This document shows positions 52,811 through 64,000 of a stretch of 64,000 bases of DNA, piece after piece. The translations under genes and the position numbers were made by a program. Numbering within the stretch: position 1 is the stretch's first letter; each line of letters starts with the position of its first letter. Source of the DNA: Camelus dromedarius (taxonomy: Eukaryota); the NCBI RefSeq assembly GCF_036321535.1, contig NC_087437.1, forward strand, positions 44,766,001 to 44,830,000. Reading direction: 5' to 3'. The notes under the pieces were generated by a model, which made no database searches, was not told where the DNA came from, and was given only the letters and a program-made list of their open reading frames with translations.

Positions 52811-52897
52811 CAATTTTTTAAAGATAGTCAGTGTACTTTAGAAAGTTTTTGTATCAATTTTTTAAAGATAGTGTACTTTAGGAAGTTTTTGTATCAA
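52811..52897. repeat. Imperfect 44/40-bp tandem duplication
   Basis: caattttttaaagatag(tcag)tgtactttagRaagtttttgtat occurs twice. Confidence 0.92.
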
Positions 52898-53389
52898 ATT
52901 CAAGTAGCAGTAGCCTCATAGAATAGCATTTTTGGTGATAACTCTGTATGCTCTAAATAAAAGTCCTTATTTCAGAGATCTGTAAGTAAGTTGAAAGTGA
53001 ATTTTGATGTTAATTTCTGCATTTTTTCTCACTTTAAACGAGAGATTCTTTGTCTTTTCATACAATTATCAGATAATATAATTCTTGAAATGCTGTAGAA
53101 GCACAGAGACAAAGGGCAGAGTAGTCAATGGATAACAGATTAGCTCTAGATAGGGAGATCAAATGTCCTTTCAAAAAGTACTATTCAAACAAAGCCTCTA
53201 TATAATGCAAAATTAAAAAACCCCAGGCAATAACCACGTTTAAAAAAAATGTCTAATATAACACAAAAAAATCAGAAGACTCTGGGCAGTCTTTTGGAGT
53301 CTGTTATAATGAACTTTGATCATGATAATTCTATATCCTGGGGACCTTATCCCCTGCCCCCAGCAGTGACTATAATAAAAGTTCCCCTC

Positions 53390-53432
53390 GTGCACATGTG
53401 CGCATACACACACACACACATGCACACACACA
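53390..53432. repeat. Alternating purine-pyrimidine (CA-rich) tract
   Basis: gtgcacatgtgcgcatacacacacacacacatgcacacacaca. Confidence 0.85.
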
Positions 53433-54254
53433 ATGTGGCATTAACTAATCAGTGATACAGTTTTTCATTGCTAGTCACTCATGAGTCTTATTCCTTGGAA
53501 AACACTTACTTTTACATATACGTACAGACATATATATGTATACCTTCTTTTCCAGGAAAGTCTGAATGTCTATTGTATTTTTAAAATAATCTTAGGACCA
53601 ACAAATTCTGCTGCTGTTGGTGTGATATAGAAAATATTCAAAATTGTCCATTTTTTTTAGTGTCTACTAGACACTATAGTCATAATTTGAATTACTCAGT
53701 TAGCTCTCTTGAAGATTTTATAGTTGGTATTTTAGGATAGAATGAATGTATTTCACAAATATGAATATTTATATGACACTAAATTAAATTTCAGTAACTG
53801 AGCAAGAATTAAAGTTGAAATCAAACAAAGTTTTGTTTGAAAGGCATTGTGATAGAAAAACAGTATTTACTTTGACTCAATTAGGGCTTATTTATTAATA
53901 TGTCAATTTAATTTTATAAAATCAAAGTTTAGGACTTCATTACATTTGAAATTACAGTGGCCTTGAGCCATGTAGTGGAGGTTCAAATAGTAATAATTCT
54001 GCATTCTAAAATAAATAATAATGAACAAGCATAATTATGTTCCCAGGTCATCAAAAAAAGAGTTGTGATCCATATAGTTACTGACTTTTAAGAAAACAAG
54101 AGAGGGTAATCTACTGTAATTTCCTTCAAAATTGATAAAAGTATATATCAGGATGATTTTGTTTGCTATTAATGAAGACCCATGTGCAAATGTTTAATAA
54201 AAATAAAGGAATTCTATTTTTCTCATGCAACTGTAAAGTCTGAAAGAGGCATGC

Positions 54255-54745
54255 TTCTGGAGGGGCTCGAACACAGATCCACTTATCTATTATCCTCTCA
54301 GTTCTGCCCTTCCCTCTGTTGGACTTTTTAGCAGTAGAATTTCCTCATGGTACAGAAATGCTGACAGCATTTTCTGGAATCTGTACATAATTCTTTCAAA
54401 ACAGAAGAGGATCTCTTTTCTAATGACTTTCTCAAGATAGCAAATATATCGATTTCTGGAAAGCCCCAGAAGAAAAAATAGGGAAAAAAAAAAAAGACCC
54501 CCATCTGATTATTCTGAATTGGTCTTACGCTTATTTGGAATCATTCTTTGTGAATAGGGTGACACCTGTGCTGATTGGATTAGACCTGGTTTATATTAAC
54601 CAATCACCAAGGAAAAAGATTCAAGTTGCCCTGATTAGCTTAGAACAATCATTCTTACCCTTGGAACTGGAGTCAATCCCATTGACTGCTGCAAAATAGT
54701 CTGAATTGTAGAGTAACAGTGTTTGAGAGACAACCACCAAATCTG
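54255..54745 (-). mobile_element. Old MaLR LTR (MLT1K/L-like)
   Basis: ctctcagttctgcccttccctctgttgg...cctcatggt...tgctgattgg.ttagacctgg...aaccaatcac...ccttggaactgg. Confidence 0.55.
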
Positions 54746-56449
54746 CTACCAATTATAACAATTTTTTGGCTACAAATGAGTAAGAATCAGTATTTTTGAA
54801 AAGACAAAACCAATGCTAAGCAATGGGAGCATGTCTGTTAACAGGTTGCTATGTACTCTGGTATGTGTAGTCATTATCCACCTGAAAGGGAACAGGAGAT
54901 GGAAAAACTGAGTGAAATACCAATGGGAAGTATTCATAAAATAAGTTTGTTTACTGCATTTATTCCCAGTTTCATTGCATCTTATGAAGCATAAATGGTT
55001 GTCAGAAGGTAGAAAACTCACTGTATTCATGAAGCAAGTCCCTTTTCCTGTCCCCTTGGTGGACATCCAATGGTAATCACCATATTTACACTGAAACTCA
55101 GGGTCATTCTTACTATACCACCTTACACAGCTACTGTGAGTTGATTGGATTCGACATATGAGAGAAGTCTATTAGCCAACATGGATCTAAATTACTCATC
55201 AGTTATAACCCTCTGCTTTTAAGGAAGTGACTGACCCTTAGAAATTTCAAGGAATCACTGATTTAAGAAGCCTTACCGCCCCATAAGGAGCTCTGTAAGC
55301 CTATGCACTAATTGAAGTAACTAAAAAAATAACTTTTTGGATGGTAACACATTCAAAATATGAGGCACTGTAAAAAATAAACTATTTTAAGATTCTGTTT
55401 TTTCCTGCCTTTAAAGGGCTGATACTCTTGTCAGTGTTAAAAACATCTGAATGTATTCCTCTGTGTATAGCAGGATATTTCTGTTTCATTAGATTGCTTA
55501 CCCAAGAACTTTATGTTTAGAAGATTTTGTTTACTAAACAAGTGGTAAATAATTCATTTAGACTCATCATTATTTCTCCATTTCAACATTGATCCGTATT
55601 TCAACCAATACTCCATGACTGCCAGTGAAGTAAAATAAGCATACAAATACTGAGACATTGTGCACTCTAGGTATCCTTCATTGTGGCTGTCGGCATTTAT
55701 TCATTCCCCAATTTAATTTCTCATGTCTTAGTCTAAGAGGTGTCTGTGTTTCATATATGGCATGGCTATCAGTGATCAGTCTACAGAATATAACTCTAGA
55801 ATTTCTTTTTTAGCAGTAGTTTATAAGAGCTTCTCTAAAGCCTAAAATTTCTTCTTGTCATATGTAGGCTAGATCAAAGATACTGACATTCAATTCAGTG
55901 CTTAAATATACATTTTTATTCAGTGCTTGAAATAATAGTGATGTGTTTTATTGACTTAGGGATTGAACTATTAGAGATGCATATTTATGAACTGTAGAGA
56001 TAATACATTAATTGTTATTTGTTTAGGTTGTATTACCAGCAAGTTTAATACATAAAGTATAGAGGAAAGGGGTGTAAGAGAAATGTGTGACATTGGAATA
56101 AAGTGTGACATTGAGAAGATGGTAAGGTGTAACAGACAACTTCAGAACACATGGCAAATATTTCTTAAATTTTGAAATATGTGAAGGAACAAAGCATTTG
56201 TATAATTAGTGTATAATTCATTATTACCACAAATCATGAGAATTGTGATCTAAATATAAGATATTTATTAACAAAATATTAGTTACAACTCCTAAATGCT
56301 ACCCAGTTTATGTGCCATAGAGAACTTGATGTCATCCAAGTAACTAAGTCCCACAGCAAGGAAAGGGAAAGATGGACTCTGATTTCTTTTCACCTCTCCT
56401 TACCCATTTACTTCCTCAGCAAAGACCCAGATAGAAGACTCAGATACTC

Positions 56450-56689
56450 TTTTTTTTTTAATTGAAGTGTAGTCAATTGGCGATGTTGTGTTAATTTCTG
56501 ATGACAGCGTAGTGATTCATTTATACACATAGGGTGTGGAGAAAAGGGAACCCTCCTACACTGTTGGTAGGAATGTAGTTTGGTGCAGACAATATGGAGA
56601 ACAGTATGGTGATTCCTTTAAAAACTGAAAACAGATTTACCCTACAATCCAGTGATCCCACTCCTAGGCGTGTATCTGGAGGAAACGAA
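56450..56689 (-). mobile_element. 5'-inverted (twin-primed) L1 insertion
   Basis: Poly(T) plus 3'UTR on the minus strand (56450-56530) is joined to a + strand ORF2 piece [27 protein letters not shown] (56531-56689). 10-bp TSD tcagatactc at 56440-56449 and 56690-56699. Confidence 0.88.
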
Positions 56690-57697
56690 TCAGATACTCG
56701 TAACGAAATGGCTCACATTCATTTTATTCAAGTCCTTCAGAGCCCCCCAGGGACAATCCAGCTGCCACTTGCAGGAGATTTTCCTGATTTCAGTGAGTTA
56801 ATTATGTAATCAAGCAGTCTGTCTCCAGTTGTGTTTGGAAATGTGGTGACTCTGCCTACGGACTTTGTGTCTAAAATTTTAAGAGTTGCCACGAGATGGC
56901 TGTATACTCGCAATTGGCAAAATGAATTGCAGCTTCTCCAGGTACCAGCTTTGGAATCTGAGTGCATGAGCTATTTTGTATATAGCTATTTTTACAATTA
57001 CATTCAACGTACTTTACTTTCAAAATAAAATATGTAACTATTTTCAAGAAACCTAAACAAATTAATAAAAATATATTATTTGGGGAAGTTTAACAAGAAT
57101 GGGAATCCAGGCATTCAGTTATTTTTCTAAAGAGTCCATCAAAACAAAACCCCTAACTGGAAATATTCACTGTGTTGATCTCTAACATGTAGGCAGCTTT
57201 GTAATAAGTTACAGTTGTTCATGTATGTACCTTATTTTCTCTAATAGGCCACAATTTCTGAAGTGCAATTAATCACTATCTTTGAGTGTACTAAAACACC
57301 TAACATAGTGACTTTCACTAATCAGTCATAGTAATGACTTGTTAATTGTTTGATTAAATAACTAGAATCTCTTTCTCTTAAGATCTGTTCATTAGTAGAT
57401 ATCTTACCCTCTACTTCAGCTACAGCATAGACCATCACGTTTGCACTAATGCAGTGTGAGTTGGGAGTCACAGGTATAGGAATTAAGCCCTGCTTGGAGG
57501 TTCTCTCCCAAACGTTTGGACCGATGGACTAACTCCTTCACCTGTTCAAACTAACTTAATTACCAAACTGGCTTCTGCTCACAGAAGTTTTTCCCAAAGG
57601 GTTACTCTTAAAAGTGATCCAATTTTTAAACATAGAAAGATTGGAGGGCAATTTTATGGTTGATAAACTGAGATGTTATCTCCATGCATGATTACTC

Positions 57698-59033
57698 TTT
57701 ATTTTTTTGTATACTATATTTTTATTGAAGTATAGTCAGTTTACAGTGTTGTGTCAGTTTCTGGTGTACAGCATAATACTTCAGTCATACATGAACATAC
57801 ATATATTCATTTTCATATTCTTTTTCACCATAATTTACTATAAGATATTGAATATAGTTCCCTGTGCTATAGTGTATGAACTTATTGTTTATCTACTTTA
57901 TATATATAAGTTAGTATCTGGAAATCTCGAACTCTCAATTTATCCCTTCCCACTCCCTTCTCCCACTGGTAACCAGAAATCTGTTTTCTATGTCTGTGTT
58001 TGTTACTGTTTTGTAAATAAGTTTGTTTGTTTGTTTTTACAGATTCCACATGTAAGTGATATTATATGGTATTTTCCTTCATCTTTTCAACTTATTTTAC
58101 TCAGAATGACAATCTCCAGTTCCGTCTATGTTGCTGCAAATGACATTATTTTCTTTTTATGGCTGAGTAGTATTCCATTATATAAATACACCACAGCTTC
58201 TTTATCTAGTCATCTGTCTATGGACATTTTGGTTGTTTCCATGTCTTGGCTATTGTAAATAGTGCTGCTATGAACATTCGGGTGCATGTATCCTTTTGAA
58301 TTAAGGTTCCCTCTGGATATATACCCAGGAGTGGGATTGCTGGATTATATAGTAAGTCTACTTTTAGTCTTTTGAAGAATCTCCTGTTTTCCATGAAAGC
58401 TACACCAAACTGCATCCCCACCAGCAGTGTAGGAGGGTTCCCTTTTCTTTGTACCCTCTCCAGCACTTATTGTTCATGGACTTTTGAATGATGGCCATTC
58501 TGACTGGTGTGAGGTGATACCTCATTGTAGTTTTGATTTGCATTTCTCTGATAATTAGTGATACTGAGCATTTTTTCATGTGCCTATTGGCCATTTGTAT
58601 GTCTTCATTGGAGAATTACTTGTTTAGGTCTTCTGCCCATTTTTGGATTGACTGAGTTGTTTGCTTTTTTATTATTAAGTTGTATGAGCTATTTATATAT
58701 TCTGGAAATTAAGCCCTTGTCAGTCTCATCTTTTGCAAATATTTTCTCCCATTCCTGTAGGTTGTCTTTTTGTTTTGCCTCTGGTTTCCTTTGCTGTGCA
58801 AAAGCTTCCAAGTTTAATTAGGTCCCATTGGTTTATTTTTCCTTGTATTTCTGTTGCTTGGGTAGATCACCTTAGGAGAACATTGCTGAAATTTATGTCA
58901 GATAATGTTTTGCCTAGGTTCTCTTCTAAGAGGTTCATAGTGTCTTGCCTTATGTTTGTCTTTAAGCCATTTTGAGTTTACCTTTGCATATGGTGTGAGG
59001 GAGTATTCTAACTTCATTGATTTCCATGCAGCT
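57698..59033 (-). mobile_element. 5'-truncated lineage-specific L1 (~1.3 kb, ORF2 C-terminus plus 3'UTR, disrupted)
   Basis: Minus-strand ORFs [46 protein letters not shown] and YNPAIPLLGIYP..CTRMFIAALFTIAKTWKQPKCP are canonical L1 ORF2. Confidence 0.95.
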
Positions 59034-60519
59034 TTTTAAAATAATATTTTACTTCTTGGGTATTGTTAAGTCCTCATCATTTAAGAGCTTGAGTAGGAAT
59101 ATTATCTCAGGCTCACAGTGGATATTTTAAAAATCCCTGGTTTGGGAGAATGAGACTAAGGAAGATCAAGTAAGTATGGTTCATCATATCTGTTTTGATT
59201 AATAATTTCGGCTAATCCAGACTAGTGATATCACAGTGAGAGGAGGGTATGAAGGCAGATGGATATGCCAAAATGAATACACTAAATGATGGGAACATGA
59301 GACCAAGTAATAAATGCATGAACAAGAAATTGATGAGAATCTTAGAAAGCAGGGTTATTTCAGAATAGAAAAAAAATGTAACTTTTATATCAGGTGACTT
59401 GGGGATATAATAAAAGCATTTTAAACAAGGAAAGAAAGTTATCACTTTTCTGTAACAATATGGGCTTTATTGAACCTCTCTAGGTGATATTTCTTTTGGT
59501 TAGCTAGGAAGAATCGTTTTTCATGTAGATTACTCATAGATGTACAATAAAAACAATTCATAAATTATTGTAAAAAAAAAAAAAAGTGACAGACCACAAA
59601 TGATGTGGAAAAATGATAAAAGCATGAGAGAAAATGTCAATTATATTAATTCATCAGCACTCATAATTGTTAAGAAATGCAACTATTCAGGGTTGCTTTA
59701 TCCCCCTGATGTTAAAAATTCAAATGAGAACAGGACTATTATTTGGTCGTTATACCTGTGCTCTTATTTTATTCTTATTATAAGCTTGTAGAGTAGATAG
59801 GCTGCTTGTTCTTCTCTTCTTCACTCACTATGCAGTAAATATTATTCTCATTGTGCAGAGAAGGAGTCTGAGTTTCAGAGAGACTGTGTAACTTAGTGAG
59901 ATATGCATAGACTACACACAGTTTGTTCAAATTGCCGGAGAGCATCATCATTTCCCTTTTCAATGTTTTTTTCATAAATAGCTCCAGCAAATGGGAGTTT
60001 TTTCTCTATTCATAATAGTATTAAATATCTTACCCACTATTCATTTGAAGAATATATTCATCCTCTCATGCTTTCAATGTTTAATAAGTGTGTATGCACA
60101 CTATGCTCTAATTAATGAGAATGCACTATTCAGTAAGATATGTGTTTATGTGTGTGGGTATATATATTTATGTGGTTTTGTCTTTCACAGAATTTTATGA
60201 GACTGACGTGCTGCCCACTGCACTAAGAGGGCCACTCACAGAATTTTATATCTAATAGGAAATACAGAAAACCAGAAAAATTTTGTGATATGCTTTAATT
60301 AGTGTCACATAAGGGATGTGTAAGGGGCTTTGGCAGTGCATTGCAAAGACACTGAAGCAGGAACAGAGAGAGAACCGACACATAGGTGCACAGCTGACAG
60401 TTCTGACAGGCAGCTTGTTTTCTCAATCCCACATAAGGGACAGAGAAGTCATGTGAAAGTGGGGCAAAGAAGGAGGGAAGTACTTATCCCTCGTTGATCA
60501 AAAACGTAAACCCAAACCC

Positions 60520-60970
60520 TTTCTGACTTCATCTCCCACTTCTGTTCTTTTTACTAACTGGTTCTGCTCCAGCTCCCCTGGACTCTTAACAATTCCTCAA
60601 ACACAGCTGGCCTGCTGCTGCTTCAAGGCTGCCTTTGTCTAGAAGACTCTCGTCTTGAACGTCCATGTGGCTCACGCCTGCCTTCCTTCAAGTCTCCATT
60701 CAAATGTCACCTTGTCTCTGAGGCCTTTTCTGAGTGCCTTATATAAGATAACACCCCATCATCCTCACCCAGCCTTTTCTTCAAAACCCTTACTTTTTGC
60801 TGATTTACAATTCTTTCTTTCTCTTTTTCCCTCCCTCTCTAGTTTGGCCATGATTATTTTTTGTCTTCCCTCCACTTGAATGTTGTTCCCTGAAGGCAGG
60901 GGCTAGGTTTGTTTAGTTTCCTGCTTTATTTCCAGGTCTGTTTAATTATCTGTTGAACGAATAACTGAAA
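60520..60970 (+). mobile_element. L2a-like 3' fragment
   Basis: ctgctccagc..cctgg...ttcctcaaacac...ttcaagtctccattcaaatgtcaccttgtctctgaggcctttt...ccctgaaggcagg...tgttgaacgaat. Confidence 0.75.
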
Positions 60971-61973
60971 AGGAATATACAGTATGGCAGGGGAATAAAA
61001 GAAAATAATGGGATGGCTTTCTCTCTGTGCAAGGCTTCTCATCCACCCGAGCAATGACTTATTGACTATTTCACTTGAATGGTAGACATAGGAAGCAGGT
61101 CACTTCCTCATCGGTTTCAAATTTATCTTCTTCAAGTATACAGATACACATTCTGATTCCACACCCGACATAAACCAGCTCCTCCCAAGCTAAAACCTCT
61201 CTACTTATAGCTGTTTTGTAGATTAAAAATTATTATAAATTCAATTTCTTAAGAAAATAAAAAAATGCATATTATTTCCACAACAAAGTAAGCTAAGCAT
61301 GAAATACACTTCTTTTTAATGATTCAAATGCCAGATTACTGGTTACCTATCCATGCCATGAGAAATAAAACAAAACAAAAATTACATTTTATTTTTTCAG
61401 TGTAAAATATACGCACAAAAGAGAGTATTCATCTACGTACATCTTAGAGGATGATCAACAAGTAAACCCCCATATAACCACCATCCTGGTTAGGAAATAG
61501 AACAATGCCAGTCCCTTCCTAGGTGTCCCTTCTCAGTCTTTCTAGGAGAGTGAACCATTATGCTTAGTTTTTTGAGAATCCTTTGATTGTATTTCTTTAT
61601 AATTTCATCTCCTCTTCATACATCCTTGAACAATATATTGTTTAGATTTACCCACTTTTAAAATTTTCTACGAGCAGAATTTCAGAGGATGTTTTTATGA
61701 TTTGCTTCTTTGCTCTAGGAGGTTTAATGTGGTGGGCATAAAACCACAGAATTTGAAATAATGCTTTTCTTGGCTACTCAAGATCTACAGGCAAATAGAA
61801 ATAAAGGAGATTGACCACCAGGCATGTCAGCATCTCAAACCTTGACAACTTAGTTTTTCAAGTCACCTTCTATACATAAATATATCTAAAATAACCACCA
61901 CCCCGAAACTTTACAGGTACAGTTTTGCCAATCATCAAAGGAGAGCAACTTTACTCAAAAGTCAGCCAATATC

Positions 61974-62058
61974 TGGAGTATAACCTTAAATTTTTGAATC
62001 ACTATATTGTACACCTGTGACATAATACTGTACATCAGCTATGCTTCAATTAAAAAAA
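61974..62058 (+). mobile_element. Very short L1 3' tag with poly(A)
   Basis: tggagtataacc...tgaatcactatattgtacacctgt...cttcaattaaaaaaaa. Imperfect 17-bp TSD aaaagtcagccaatatc / aaaagtaagccagtgtc (61957-61973, 62059-62075). Confidence 0.8.
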
Positions 62059-62669
62059 AAAAGTAAGCCAGTGTCAAATGGCTGCTAATATACATTTGAA
62101 AAGTGATTCAAGTATGTCTTTTGAAAGCAGGGAGAGTAACAATATGGGATATCAGATATACATACAAGAAGGAATTCAAGTACATATTTTGAAACCAAGA
62201 GAGGGAGAACAGACCCGACAATGTGTATCTGTGGTAGGAAATCCATATACATATTCAAAAAGAGTCTCAGTATTAGTTCAGAAGAACAAAATATGTTTGA
62301 CTTTGAAGAATAAGCGTGAAAGATATATATTAGTTTGGTTTTAAGTTTTCGAATAGTAACATAAATTTTGATTGGTAATGAAGATAGATTCCCCCTTCTG
62401 ATTACCCTGTTCATCATCCTCATTGCTGGGTGTAGTTTATTTTCATTACTGTAAAACTTTCCATTGCATAAATACACCAAATGTGTTTGTATATTGCTCT
62501 ACTGTTGATGGGTATTTGGGTTTGGGTTGTTTCCAACAACTGTTAAGAACATTTTTGTTCATGTCTCCTTGTATGAGTTTCTCTAGTACATATATACCCA
62601 GGAATGGAATTACTGGCACATAAAGTATGAATATCTTTAGCTTTACTAGATAATGCTAAATTGCTAGGA

Positions 62670-63200
62670 CAGCTGACTGCCAAGTCCCCCAAAGACCACC
62701 AGAATAGTCTGCTAATTAAGCAAAGTTTATTATACTAATGTTACAAAGACAGGATGCCATCTTGGGTGAATCTTAGTAGTATCTCAGGAGGGAATATCCT
62801 GGGGAAAATATTTATAGAAGATCTGAGTTTCTGGGCTCAAGTTCTAAGCTAAGAGTTTTAATTCAAAAAATAATTGCTAATGGGAAAAATCATGGGAGTT
62901 GTTTAGGACTGTTTGGTGGACACAGCGATGGGAAGATTTGCTTGATAAACCAGCTGTTTGTCTAAGCAAGCAATGTATTGTCCGGAGAGGAGAGCTGTTA
63001 GAAGAACAAGTTATTTGTCTGGATATATCTGTTCATAGAAGTTGCTTGAAGCAAACAGTGAAGTTATTTATTATCTTGCAGTCTTATCTTCGCAATCAAG
63101 AATCTCTTGAAATAGTTATATTGATACAGGTGGCCTTCGTTGTCAGTGCTGATAGCTACGCAAAGTGGACTCAGGCAGTCTCAGTTTTCGAAGCCATGTG
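62670..63200 (-). mobile_element. Old LTR (family uncertain) inserted in the L1ME
   Basis: Interrupts the L1ME. gaccaccagaa...caaagtttatta (reverse AATAAAC) and a TATA-like atttatag in LTR-like spacing. Confidence 0.5.
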
Positions 63201-64000
63201 TGGGCATGCTCTTTAATACAGTCATCTGTCAAACTTGCCGTTTTCTTCATTTTTGCACTTAATATGTTAGTGCTGTCTAATTGTGGCTTAAGTTACATAC
63301 CTTTCTCTGTGCCAAGAAGTCAAGCACCTTTACATTCACGTACTGGCAGTTTCAATTGTCGGATGTTTGTGTCTATGTATGTTTTCTAAATGCCTGTTAT
63401 AACCATTCTTTTTTTTTTTTTAATTAGATTATTTGTCTTATTGTTCCGTAGGAGATATTTATATATTCTTGCCATTAGCTTGTTGTCAGTTAAGTGTGTT
63501 GCAAATATTTTCTCCCAGATTTTGACTTTTAGTTCCACTCTTTTTATTCTTTTTAATGAACAGTTCTTTGTTTCAGTGTAATCTAGTTTGGCAACCTCTC
63601 CCTTTAAGTTTAGTGTTTTTAGGATCTTAAGAATTCTTCTCTGCCCTGAGAAAGTATTCTTATACTACCTTATAAATCTTTGTTTTTTTTTAACATTTAA
63701 ATATTTAATCTATCATAATGATGATAAAAATTGTGATGATTTATTAGGATGCAATTTCCATTTTCAGCCTAATTTACTGAGAATTCTATCATTCCCTAAT
63801 GATATAAAATAAAACTGTTATATATTAAGTTTCAGTATATGCATAGGTTTGTTTCTGGGCTCTCAATTATATTCCACAGTCAATTTGTACATCTGGTTAC
63901 AAACACAATACTATTTTAGTCTTATATCTTTGAAATAAGCCTTTCTGTCTTGCAGTTCATGGTACCTGCTTAATTCTTCTATAAGAATATCTCGACTCCT

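Larger units (their letters stand above)
45675..64000 (+). other. NAALADL2: NAALADL2 following intron (runs past the window end)
   Basis: Starts gtagga. I could not find the next expected exon (LSGEVILQIANEPVLPF-like) in the window. Confidence 0.8.
61385..64000 (-). mobile_element. Old L1ME-type element in pieces (61385-61715, 62400-62665, 63220-64000)
   Basis: catataaccaccatcc.ggttaggaaatagaaca; ctactgttgatgggtatttgg; atatacccaggaatggaattactgg; tgtgttgcaaatattttctcccag. Confidence 0.75.

Noticed and set aside
57707..58258. Longest ORF in the track (183 aa, hydrophobic)
   Set aside because: Antisense reading of an L1 3'UTR/ORF2 end. The hydrophobicity reflects T-richness, not a membrane protein.
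58218..58594. Minus-strand ORFs with clear protein homology
   Set aside because: Frameshifted L1 ORF2 C-terminus from a 5'-truncated dead element, not a host gene.

Overview
Mammalian (eukaryotic) genomic DNA, AT-rich, most likely from a camelid because it carries a Vic-1-type tRNA-derived SINE. The whole window lies inside the + strand gene NAALADL2 (M28 peptidase-like, thought to be inactive). It contains two phase-0 coding exons (457-603, 147 nt; 45579-45674, 96 nt) separated by a 44,975-nt intron. The rest is intron filled with L1, HAL1, L2, MIR, MaLR/ERV LTRs, hAT and Tigger relics, microsatellites and short tandem duplications. Most ORFs in the supplied track are spurious or L1 debris. 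The best novelty candidate is a ~355-nt mini-L1 (8117-8470, - strand) in which the L1 5' promoter end is fused to the L1 3' end exactly at an AG, as expected of a spliced, retrotransposed L1. Other leads are an unidentified ~680-nt coding-like insert, a twin-primed L1, a possible 3' transduction that creates a cryptic exon, and a MER41-like solo LTR. Repeat family names are by-eye recognition from memory, and repeat boundaries are approximate unless a TSD is quoted.
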